64,000 bases of DNA from Rhynchobatus australiae (lineage: Eukaryota): assembly GCA_034780895.1 (NCBI GenBank), contig JAUZTB010000072.1:14906508-14970507 (forward strand), in the 5' to 3' direction. A program made the translations under genes and the position numbers. Below the pieces are notes generated by a model. The model saw nothing but the letters and a program-made list of their open reading frames with translations, was not told the origin of the DNA and searched no databases. This document shows, one piece after another, positions 11,270 to 22,691 of the stretch. The first letter of the stretch is position 1. Each line of letters starts with the position of its first letter.

Positions 11270-12340
11270 GACAGCAGCTATTTGTGTAGCAGCTTTCATG
11301 TAGCATGAAAACAAGGCAAATTATCATAACTTGACACAATAGCTTTAAATGATTAAAAGGTTAACCAAATAGTTGAACTTAATGTGGTGTTGAAGATGTG
11401 GTATTTGTGGAGGTTTAAAGATAATGTGGCTTTAAAACTGTCAGCAGTGGGTATTCCAGCATTAAGAATCTTGGGGGTTGTAGGCATGGCGACCAGTGGT
11501 AGGGTAATTACATTTGGGCCAAATATAGATGAATGTTAATGTCTGGTAAGGTTGTAGGAGATACAGCATGAAAGGGATTGATTTTAAGGGGATATTTGAA
11601 AACAGGCATGCAAATTAAGGAGAGAAGGTCCCGATGCAGGGTTTTGACTCGAAACGTCAACAATTCCTTTCCCATCTCTGATGTTGCTCAACCTGCTGAG
11701 TTCCTTCAGATTGCTTGTTGATGTAAATTAAGGTATTGTTTAACCAGAAGCCGCTATAGGCTGGCAAGTACAAGTGATAGGTGAACAAGATTTAGTGCAG
11801 GTTAGGATATAATTACAGATTTGGAAAGTGGAACTACAGCTGCCAAAGGGAAGCGTGTTGGAATAGACGAGTCCAGAAGTAGCAATTGTAAATGATGGTT
11901 TCAACAGTAGATGGGTGATCAGTGATAGTATAGCAGGGCAATCTTTAGCTCATTTCTGATTCAAGTGCTACCAAGATTATAAACGGTTTGGTTCAGTGTT
12001 GGGCAGATGCCATAGAAAAGGATGAAGTTGAATGCTTGCAAGCAATTTGAGTGTTGAATCCAATGTTTTAGTCATCCTGACATTAAGTTAGAAAAATATA
12101 TGTGGACAAGAAATGGGCCAAGGATGGGTCATTGACATATTTGAGGTTGCAGTATGAGAAAGGCTAATACTGTTGATTATCCGGCTACAGCTGGACATAT
12201 AAGAATTGGGTGAATGTGGTCCCACCTAGATGGATAATAGCAGAGAGAGGTTGGAGGTTGATGAGTCAAATGTGCCAAATAAGTTCTAATTGGGACCAAT
12301 AGGGATGGATTGCCATTGTGGTTGGGCACTGGATGATATA
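11270..12340 (-). mobile_element. Ancient L2-like LINE remnant
   Basis: Purine-rich decayed sequence resembling the reverse of an L2 3' region, similar to 14540-14880. No intact motifs. Confidence 0.45.
11621..11720 (+). mobile_element. Short Penelope-terminal-repeat-derived element with hammerhead-like fold, flanked by a 13-bp TSD
   Basis: Homologous to the reverse of 48680-48807. Flanked by ATGCAAATTAAGG (11608-11620) and ATGTAAATTAAGG (11721-11733). Confidence 0.75.
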
Positions 12341-13254
12341 CAACTGAAGCCTGCCACCTCTTGAATACTCTGTTGCTTGTCTGAGGTATTCTTCCATTAG
12401 CTGTGTGCTCACTACATGTTAAGAACATTTTAGGTTTTACGTTACTCCCCTTGTTTTCATTTCCTGCAGTTGCCTTGTGCTTTGTAGCTCTGTTACCATC
12501 CAGTCTCTCAGAATTTTGTATCTTTCCAACTCTGACTGCTGCATTCCTCTATTTCATCCTCCATTTACGGCTGTGCCTTTTCCATTTCTTTCAGTCCGTC
12601 ATTCCTTACAACATATCCCTTGACCATGCTTTCTGTTACTTGTTTTACTTTCTCTCTCTTTGGTTTCTTGTAACATTTTGTCTGATTATTCTTCAAGGAG
12701 CAAGGATTTTAACCTGCTGCTCATTGCTGTGTTCTGGTGTGCATTATCTGCCCAACATTCCTTTTATTTATGTGTGGTACCTGGGAATTGATTCCCTAGG
12801 AAGCCACTGTGTCAGGCCCATATGCAGAGTGAGCTTTGAATTCTGCTGAGTGTTAAAGTTTGAATGTGCTAAATTCTAGGCCTGAAGTCAAGCTTTTTCA
12901 ATATCCAAAGTTAGATTTATTTTCGGTAAAGTGCTATACTTTTGAATTTTTTTTGGATATTTCTGGATTTTTAAGTGATAGCAAGTCACAGAACTTCAGT
13001 ATTTCAGTAAGTGTGCATATAAAAACCTGCATGCGTTAATGTTACTTCATTTTCACTTTTTGCCTGTAGACCTTTGTTCCAGGCTGTTGGGCTGCTTTAC
13101 ACCAATGTGCCTGACTGGAGATTTTGGGTGTCCTCATGTCAGTTTTGCTACTCTACCATAGAGAAGACCTATGGTCTCTTTGTGAAGGAGAATCTGGCAA
13201 ATCTATAGGGATTTACAGGGATGTGGGATTGCTCAAATTTAGGTAAATCTAGTA

Positions 13255-13653
13255 CAGGGGCTCCCCAGCTTGTATTGCAATTTATATTGTAACTGTAACA
13301 CAGTAGAAAGCGATTTATTTCTGATCAGCAGTGCATTACATAAATACAACCAAAGTCGCGGCCCATCCCAGTATGCGGACTCCTGGGTTACAGTTGACTT
13401 ATGGAAATCTGACTTTATGCAAATTTTCCTTTACATTTTTAAAGCATTTTTCAAGATAGTACTGTTTTTGGGACTCATTCCTGACTGGGTGCCATCTATA
13501 TTCCATTAGTTTAATTGTAGGTAGCTTTCGGATGAATATTCAGCGAAATGAAAGAATTATAGTTAGTGTATGCAGAGGTCACTATAGAAAATGGGTGTTT
13601 CTGACTTGTGAAGATTCAGGAACAGAACTCTTGCTTAACCTAGGGACTGCCTA
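13255..13653 (+). mobile_element. Non-autonomous DNA transposon (Tigger/pogo-like TIR) with a hAT-like 5' module
   Basis: Begins TA|CAGGGGCTCCCCA and ends TAACCTAGGGACTGCCT. Both ends are homologous to the inverted copy at 16917-17344. Confidence 0.65.
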
Positions 13654-14539
13654 TGTTTGAAAATTTGTCTTTCCCACCAATGTCCTATTAAAAGTGTACT
13701 ACAGAGAGATAAGCCCCTCTGATGTTTTAAATGGCTTTTGACATTTTGTTTACTACGGTGATTGTACATTAGATTAAGCTTTTGGTTTGTCACCTGAATC
13801 TATTGAGATTTATTCCCAATGGTTTTACTCTTGGATTTCCATTATCTTAGTTACAGTACTGAAAGTCAATCTTCCTATACACATGGGAAGGTAAGAATCA
13901 TATTGTGATGCGAGATAAGGGGTTACATGAGTTGCACATTTTTTTGGAGGGGGCAGTGGAATATTGTTGTGTTTTATACATTTTCACTGCATTTTCTGGG
14001 TCTTCATTGCAGTTAGCCTAAGTCACGGTCATTTTTCACAAGTTATTTTTCTCTCAGGTTTGAGTATACTTTACAGGACTATGTCATATACATCCACTTG
14101 GCATTTTGTCAGTGCTATGATTCATCTAAGTATATCTTCAAGGCTTGTGGGTAATCAGTTGTCTTAACGGGCTGTGTCTTGATTGAAAAGACCATTTTTT
14201 TTCTTTGTGGTTCTTGTGGGGGTTTGGCCAACTAGCATTTATTGGGTGGTGGTTGTTGCTGGTCTCCATGAACTTGGGTTGCAATTGTGCTGTGGACCGA
14301 CCAATAAGGCAGTTTAAATACCTTTATTTTTGTGCGGAATGGTAAGTTTCCTCACTTACATTCTGCTTTTCATGTATGGTCATATTAATAACAGAACACT
14401 TAATATTTGAAATTCTTTGAAAGTGGTAGACATGCAGCACCATCTCAAGTGCCCAGCTAGGCTGTTGGAAAAAGTAGATGGGCCCTTGGTTTAACTATAT
14501 GCATTCATACATTGTTTCTATGGTACTATATTTCAAGCT

Positions 14540-14880
14540 CCTTAAATGGCACTATATCAGGGAAGAAAAAAAAATCATGCTGTCACATAAGGGGATTTTG
14601 GAATAAATGACCAATGCTTGTTTAAGGTAGGTTTTAGAAGTAAGTTAGAGGAAAGAGTGATGGAGAAGTTTAGGGAAGAATTCCAGGATTTGAGGTCTAG
14701 GGAGTTGGAGGCATAAATGTCTGTGGTAAAAGTTGATGAGTAAGAGCCTCGAATCAAGGAATTTGATATCACAGGATAGTATGGCTGGAGAAGGTTATTG
14801 ATAGGAAGGGGCCATAAGAGTTCTAAACTACAGATGTTTCTGGTTGAAGCCAATGTAGACCAGTGGGCATGGGTGTGTAA
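14540..14880 (-). mobile_element. L2-like LINE 3' fragment
   Basis: gaggaaagagtgatggagaagtttagggaagaattccaggatttgaggtctagggagttggaggc is the reverse of the L2 3' segment seen at 38150-38280. Confidence 0.55.
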
Positions 14881-15619
14881 CAAGCTTGAGCTTGTCTTTG
14901 AAAGTAAACATTGTCTGTGGTGATGTGCTTCCTTGGTGCTGGATTGGTATGGGCTGGTTCTTCAATCTTTTGGTTGAAAGGGTAGTGCTGTCAGTGAAGC
15001 CTAGCTGATTCTCTTCCATAGAGCAGAGCCACTTGGAGATATTCAGCAGTTAAGTGATCTTGACATGGGCCAAAAATTCTGAAATTCTGTTTTAACATGT
15101 GTATGTACTCTGGTTATTTTACTTTCAGAGTCATTGGAATTGAGAATTATTCAGATAAGTATTTAAAAATTCTTCCTGTTTATTCTGAAATTGAATTGAA
15201 TTTCTGAGCAAAATAGTTTCATTGCAAGTTCTGGTTAGATTACTGATTAGCTGCTGCAGTGCAGGTCTAAAAGTTTGCATTGTGACTTAAACAGAACAAT
15301 CCCCAGAGTATATTCTGAGTAAACCAAATGTAAATAACTATTCAGTACTTTTGATTCAAACTTCATTGAAGTCTATGGCAGAGATTACTGAACCATGACA
15401 ATCAGTTGTTTGCGCAGCAATATTTGGAATTCGTCCTGGTTTCTGTTTGAGTAAATTTGGTTCTGTGAGGTTGGTTTCAGGTGATCAGATATATTGACTT
15501 TTTCCAACAATCAGCAACTGTATGCCCTGGTATAATCCTTTGCTCCAAACTTCTTTGACACTGAAACTTTCATTACCCTGCAAAGTAGTGGTCATTTCAA
15601 TGTCTTAATCATTGTCACA

Positions 15620-15908
15620 CATCATGTAACCCGCCCATGAGTCTTCATTGACAATCAAGTGCCCATTTACGCTAATCCTACCTTATTCTCCCAATATTTT
15701 CATCGCGTCCTGTAGATTCTACTACTCACCTATGCACTGGGCCTATTTACAATGGCCAACTAACTATCAGCTTTGATGTGGCAGGAAACCAAAGCACCTG
15801 GGGAAAATCCATGCAGTCAATGGGAGAAAGTGCGAACTCCATGCCGCAGCACCGGGGTGGTCACTGGAGTTTGTGAGGCAGCTGCTCTTCCATCTGCATC
15901 ACTGTCCC
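15620..15908 (-). mobile_element. HE1-like V-SINE
   Basis: gatgtggcaggaaaccaaagcacctggggaaaatccatgcagtcaatgggagaaagtgcgaactcc, same family as 640-930 and 2138-2340. Confidence 0.8.
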
Positions 15909-16916
15909 TGTTCTTATAGATCTCTCTCAAAAGCATAGCCTTTTCAAGTTTCCGTACTGCTAAGCCTTCAGTATATTAGTTTGGTTGACTGCTTTCATTC
16001 TTTCTGCCCTTCTATTTTCTTTGACTTTTGTTATTGCTTGTTGTCTCTCTAAATCTTATAAAGCATGTTTTCTTAACTTGAGCCTACAGGAATGTAAGTT
16101 CATAATCTAATTTACCTGTTTTATAGAAATGTACAGCATTCAGGGTGAGTCAGCCCACTAAAGACTCTGCTAGATTTTTTGGTAGAACTATCCAATGTAT
16201 ATCAGTTCTTGTAGTTGCCAACAGAATTGCTGTTGTGCAAGCTGTTGAGTTTGTGGGTAAAGAGACATAGCTGGTAAGTTCCATCAAACCTATAAAAAGG
16301 TGAAAATGAAGTCAGTCTCTTAAGGTCTGAATCGGCAATTGTTGTAGATCCCAGAACCTCAAGCTATTGAATCACCACAGAATTTCCTGTAATTACACTT
16401 TCCTGGGTAGGCTATTGAGGATTTTTAATAGATGCTTTCTTCATCATCTCCATAGTGGAAGATGGTCCAGCTGTCTCTGCTAGTTTGGCTCTATCATGTG
16501 GCTTTGGTGGAGATGGAATATACTGATAAAATGCTGTAGTTAAGGAGCTTGCAATAGTGTGGGTAAAACCTGAGCAAATTATATCTGATTTCGCAAGGAT
16601 AGCACAGAATTACTGAATTTAAGTAGAAATTATTTTTCAGGATGTGTAAACTTGCATGAATGATATTCAAATTTTACAGTAAACTTGAAATGGGTGTTTT
16701 TTGAATTATAGCTGCCATAGTATTATATAAACTTCAAAAGCTATTGGATTATGTTCTCTTATTCTTTGCTGTGAACTTGGACTAAATATTTGACTTGGTC
16801 TTGAAGTTTGGCATTACATCAGTATTAAATTTCTATGGTGTAAATTCAATTTTACTGCCTGAAGTTGCTCCAAAAATACATTAAATCTCCTTGATTTTTT
16901 TGCCTGCTTTGAAATA

Positions 16917-17344
16917 CAGGCAATCCCCAGGTTAATCAAGAATTCCATTCCTGAGAACTGTCCGTAAGCCAATTTTTTCCCTTGTCAGAAATGACCTTTA
17001 TCCATAGTTACCCATATTGTATCACTTGACATACACTTGCTATAAATTCATTGAATATTCACGCTAGCACTACCTATAATTAAGCTAATGGAATAAATAT
17101 TGTATCCACAAAATGAATACCACAAAACATTTTAATATTACTATCTCATAAAATGCTTTAGAAATGTACAGGAGAATGTGTGTACGGTTGGATTTCCATA
17201 ATCAAATAGTTTGTAACCTGGGGAACTCCCACACAGGGGTAGGTCATGACTTTGGTTGCGTTTATGTTAGGCACTGCTGATTTGAAATAAACAGCTTTGT
17301 GCTGTGTTACAGTTACAATATAAATTGCATCCCAAGACACCCTT
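16917..17344 (-). mobile_element. Non-autonomous DNA transposon (Tigger/pogo-like), inverted copy of 13255-13653
   Basis: TA|CAGGCAATCCCCAGGTTAA at the left end and an internal inverted GTAACCTGGGGAACT at ~17213-17227. 17235-17344 is the reverse complement of 13255-13372. Confidence 0.7.
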
Positions 17345-20130
17345 TAATACCTTGTTTTCCAGAAGGGAACCTGGATTGAATTTTGTTCTAATTGATGCTG
17401 TGTATTTTCCATNNNNNNNNNNNNNNNNNNNNNNNNNNNNNNNNNNNNNNNNNNNNNNNNNNNNNNNNNNNNNNNNNNNNNNNNNNNNNNNNNNNNNNNN
17501 NNNNNNNNNNNNAATTGATGCTGTGTATTTTCCATTAACAAAATTCAAGCCATTCACTTGGTTGGTGAATGGTGATTTTAAAAAATACAAAATAAGCAGC
17601 TGAAGTAGTCTAGTTAACTTGCTATAAAATAATTTTTATAATCTGCTATTTAAAAGTTAGCAAATCAAAATTAAAAGCCATCCACTGAACTACATTGTTA
17701 ACAAGTAATGTTTCTTTTCTAAATAACTTTTCTGCAAAGTGATTGTCAAATGGACCACACGTTGCTGGGATATCCCCTTAAATGCATCCTCAAGAGGATC
17801 CCAGCTACGCTATTATATTAATTATCTAGCAGTTGTGATTTGTGGGTGGGGTTGTTGCAAATTGAGAATTGACAAGCAAATAGATAATGCCCTTTTACTA
17901 GTAACATTCACATGTTTGGATTTTATGGATCTAGGTCTGAACTTTTGTGTGACTCCGAAGAGATTTGTGAGTGTTTGAAATACATGACACCATTAGATTG
18001 AAGAAGAGATTCACTAAACTCTGTAGAATGAGCCAGTTAAGGATGTCCAAACTTTGTGTTGACGGATCTGTTCAGGGTTTAGGGCAAATGATCACAGTGA
18101 AATTGCTGATCTGTGCATGTGACGTACAATATGTTGGCATGTACATTGCTTAGTTAATTTTGCATGCAAAATTCTGCCTTGTATATGCGTTCCTTAAGGA
18201 AAGTGAAGCAGTTTTTAAGTGTTAAAGGCTGCTTCAGTGTTAATTAAAGGGCTGCACGCAATCTGGGGCACTGCTGGAGATTGAGGTGTTCATCTTCCTG
18301 TGGTGCTGCCTTCAACTTTCTATTGCTACTAATTTGTTCTCTTTGTAATTGGCTCTTTGCTTCACTATATTCTTCTGACCTTGTGTCCCTGTCACTCCCC
18401 TACCTCACCACATTGTTTGAAGGAAATGAGAATCGAGGAACAGGACTGACAAAAGTTGAGGCAATTATTCCAGTGAAAGTTAAGCCTGGGCCAAGCAGGT
18501 TGTTTGCAAAAGCTTGAGATATATGCAGGTAAAAGGGAAGTTGTAAGGTAATCTTTCTGTTTCCAGATGACATGCAGCTCACTAGTGCAGAAAGCTTGGA
18601 TGCTTTTGCCCCAGACAACACAAACATTTGCTTGGTGAAGTATTGGAGGCTTGCTGAATGAGGTTTTGCTGTATTTGATATACATTTGTTGTTTTTTTTA
18701 TGGGGAAGATTCCAAGCTTTTCTGTGTGATTGAGATCCAGTTTGAAGTGGTAAAATGCATAATTCCAGTTAATTGTTAGGTTAATTGCTTTTGTTTTATT
18801 TTTGTACTATTGTATCACTTCTAAATAATCAAGGCAGAATACTCAAACATTATGATGGTTTAGCTGTTTTATAGGATGTTTAATCTTTTTCATTTCCCCG
18901 GTTTCTCGTATTTTTTCAAACGGCCTTGCCAAACTACTTCAGTCCATTTGTTTGTAAGCTGGCTTTTGTGTTATTAATTGAGTTGTAAATCATGGAGTTC
19001 AGAACCATGTCTGTTGCAAAGCTTTAACGTGTGAAACTTTACTGAAAGCAATGTGAACATTAATTAGACAAGGCAAGCTTGATGGTATAAATGTTGTCTT
19101 GAAGCTTGTGAAGAGCCCTTGTGCATCATTTTGGGGATTTGTTTTAATTTCCCAAGAATCTCTGATGCAGAGTAAATGTCTTTCTGCAATTCAAATTTAG
19201 AGTTCAGACATCCTAGTAACCCATGAATTCAAATACTTCACTGGGGCTGTGCTGTGGAAAAACTTATCATAATTTATCTTGTTTACTGTATGTGCAGCAG
19301 TTGCATGCATTTTGTTCACTATAACTTCAGTGGCTAACTGAAATTGCTGATTTCAAGCATATCACTATTCAGAATATCTGATTTCAAAGATATCACAGAC
19401 TGGAGTGCTCAGGGCCGAGGAGATGACATAAACATATTCCCCTTTGGAAACCAGGTATCTTCATTCTGAAAACCCTGGCCAAGTCTCCCTCAAATTTTGT
19501 CTGAGGTTCTGGGCATAATTGCATAAGCACAGAAAACACCGATTTAGCTCACTTGTCTTCTCCAATAGTATATTTCCAATGTTCCTGGATTCTTTGTGAT
19601 TTATTTATTTTGGCTTTCATCGTCCAATTATTCAGCCAGTGTTGACTAGATTCTACTAAATATAGAGTTCTTCTTCATGAACAGTTACAGCATGTGTGTT
19701 GGAATCCTGACATTTGTGTTAGTTTTGCACTGGCAGGCATCATCTTTCCTGACCAGTGATGTTATCTCACAAGGACATTTAAAAGCAGAAGATTGAAGTT
19801 TTAGATTTGCACAACTGAATACATAGAACAGTAGAAATCAATACTGTGCCAATTCCTATCACTTTCTATATCCCTACCAATTCTGTAGATTAAAGCTACA
19901 TCTTTGTGTTCATGTTTTGCTTCACTATGGGTGGACTGTACTGAATGATTGAAAATCTAGTGGAATTTTCCAGTTTTAATGTCTGTATATTAAGCTCTTA
20001 AGGTCACAAGGTAATTAATAGGATGCTTTGCATTTCCACCGTGAAATGGGCATGGGTCACTGTTAAGAACTGTTTATTAAGTGATGTCAATCTACATTTT
20101 ATTATTGGTAGTAAAGCAACCATTTAATAT

Positions 20131-20482
20131 GTAGTGGCACAGCTGATAGTTCTGCAATGTCACTGCTCCAGAAATCCAGGTTCAATCCTGACCTTGGATG
20201 CTGCCTGGAGTTTGCATGTGCTCCCTGTGACAGTACGAGTTTCCTCTGGGAGCTCTAGTTTCTTCCCAGATCCCAAAAGTGTGCTGGTTGGTAGGTTACT
20301 TGTCCACTGTAAATTGCCCCTTGTGTGTAAGGGTGAAATCTGGGTGGGGGTGGGGAGAATGGTGGAGGAAGAGCTGAGAGCATTTGGGAAGAATAAAATG
20401 GAATTAGTCTAGAGTTAGCAAAAATGGGTGCTTGATGGTAGGCACAAACCTGCTGGCCAAAGGACCTGTTTCCATGCAGTAA
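20131..20482 (+). mobile_element. Near full-length HE1-like tRNA-derived V-SINE
   Basis: Pol III A box TGGCACAGCTG (from 20135), B box GGTTCAATCC (20179-20188), V-domain core (ggagtttgcatgtgctccctgtg...gtttcctctggg) and CR1-derived tail (aaggacctgtttccatgc). Confidence 0.88.
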
Positions 20483-21837
20483 TGCAGTGTGATAAATCTA
20501 TTATCTATCTTCAGTTTGACAACGTGTCCTCACTGGAATTTGGGTATACAGTGGCTTCTCAGAGGATCTTTATTTCATATAAGACTATATTGTTGACAGC
20601 TGGTTATTCAAAGTTGGACTTTTTTTGTCCAGCATCTTGTACATTTTATTTTCAGTAGGAATCACTAGGAAAACTGTCAATTTTCACTGAACTTTGTACA
20701 GTAGTAAATTCAAGTTGTTTTATTCATGGTGTTGCATAATTAATTTTATCTGGTGTTTGAGGTGTTTTGTTTGCTTTCTTGGCTGGATGGTTTTGGAGAT
20801 GCAAAAAAAGTTTGTCATGCTAAGGAAAAAAGTGGGAAGGTGCTGGATTATATGATGGGCTTTGCCTTAAAAATGTTTCTGTGGTTTTGTAGCAATTTCA
20901 TGTATTTTAGTTTGTGGTTGATGCAAGGCAGTTGTTTGCATGGTGAGTCAATAGCCTTTTTGCAGCAACTGTATATGACGCTGGCCTCCAACTTTTGTAC
21001 TATTTATATTATTTGTGGGAGTGTGTTGAATTGATAAGATACAAATGGCCCAATTAAGGACACTGGAAGTAGAATTGTTTTACCAAAAATAAATGTGATT
21101 TCTCAAAGGGGTTAGGCGATCTTTTTCGTGAAGAACGACTAGTGTACTGAAAATTAATCAATTTATATTGGATTTTGATCAACTTGTAAAGTGAAATGAG
21201 GAAATGAGTGTCTGATATTCCACAATAACAGTGGAAGTACTGGGCTGAATTGAACTGGATTTGGCTCCCATAGTGTCTTCCTGCTTGCACTTAGACCAGA
21301 TGATGCAGGAGAAATGAACTGATGGCCTTCCTCCACCACCTCCCCTCCAGGCCTATATCTTGGACACATCTAGCAAACCATGACAAGGCCTCAGTAGTCT
21401 GTGAGTTTACAGTAGTCTATTGCTGAGGTTTACTTTTTGCGGCCATGTTTGGAAGACCCTTATTGTATTTAACAAGAGAAGTTTGGAACAGAGCTTTGGC
21501 TGCTGCCAAAGTTTTATGCCAGCTTGTAATGGTGTTGAAATTGCTTTAAATGTTTTCAAAGAAAAATTAAATCAAAACTCTAACAGTTAAAATACTAAGT
21601 AAATTTAAAAAAGAATTTTAGGTTTACCTTTTCCCATCTATTCCACAGTCTTGCGAATGCTTATTCGCAAATGAATGGTGACTGATTCTATGCCAGTTCT
21701 AGTTGGCAAAGATTGTGAGAAATGAATTCTTACTCACAATTGAGTTCTGTGGCTTAACTCCAGCAATGGGCTGCGGGCTGCTGTCTGTCACTCAGCATAT
21801 CCAGGACTGACTTAACTGACTGGCCTATGGAATGAAA

Positions 21838-22128
21838 ATCAAAAAAGCCACAGACGCTGGAAATTAGAAATAAAAATAAAATGTTGGAAACACTCAGTAG
21901 GTCAGGCTGCATCTGTGAAAAGAAACAGTAAACATGTTAGGTTTATATAGTTCACCAATTTATCTGTCCCTCCCAATACTTTCTCTGTAACTTAAAACTA
22001 CTCTTTTTTTGTCTCTCTCTCTCTCCCTTCCAATTCAGACAAAGGGTCTTCGATCTGAAGTACTAACACTTTTTTTCTTTCCACAGATATTGCCTGACCG
22101 GAATGTTTCCAGCATTTTCTATTTTTAT
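21838..22128. mobile_element. Inverted pair of Penelope-type terminal repeats
   Basis: 21868-21930 is the reverse complement of ~22068-22128 (aaaatg(t/c)tggaaaca...ggtcaggc...atctgtg(a/g)aaagaaa). Related to the 11621 and 48680 elements. Confidence 0.7.
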
Positions 22129-22691
22129 TATAGTCCACTATTTCTGTTTTTATTATAGTTCAATTTTGCCCACTTCAGAAAGCTTAGACAAATCCTCCTG
22201 TTCAATTTTGCCCACTTAAAAATGTTTGGACAGATCCTTCTGCTTGTGTGCTCAGAATGGTGCTTTAAAGTAAATGCTCTTTTGGGTTGGGGGAGGGCAA
22301 GGGTAAAACATGAATGTTGAACAAGAAATATCTGAAAACAAACTGAATCATAGTCTCCCCTAAACAGTATGGGAAATGTGTAAGTGGTGAGTGGAGTAAT
22401 TACATACTTGATATGGAAGAGCTATCCAGTACAAGTGATAGTAGCAAATTTTGAAGTGGACTTGATGCTAACTTTTTGAGCCTTTTTTCCCAACTTTTGG
22501 AGAGGGTGTTGTGTATGTCTGCTACTTGTAGGTTGACTATATTATGTGAAAAGATGAATCAGGGCACATCCTAGATTCTAAAGTACATTTACAATGCTGA
22601 TTATTTTTTAGAAAATATTTAAGATTGATTTAATATTTTTCCTAATAAACTTTAATTCTAAAATTGTGTTTTCCTCTTTTTCTTGTTGCAG

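Larger units (their letters stand above)
9991..22691 (+). other. SSU72: SSU72 intron 1 (U2-type GT-AG, phase 2)
   Basis: GTAACC donor and polypyrimidine acceptor ttttcctctttttcttgttgcAG. The reading frame joins correctly (AG+C = Ser27). Confidence 0.95.

Noticed and set aside
12403-12849. 148-aa Leu/Phe/Cys-rich ORF
   Set aside because: Pyrimidine-rich low-complexity intronic sequence; no ATG start or known motif.
17390-17535. Direct repeat aattgatgctgtgtattttccat on both sides of a 100-N gap
   Set aside because: Identical overlap flanking a fixed-size gap is an assembly artefact, not a tandem repeat or TSD.
20131-20200. tRNA gene
   Set aside because: A and B boxes are present but there is no cloverleaf, and it continues into a V-SINE body.
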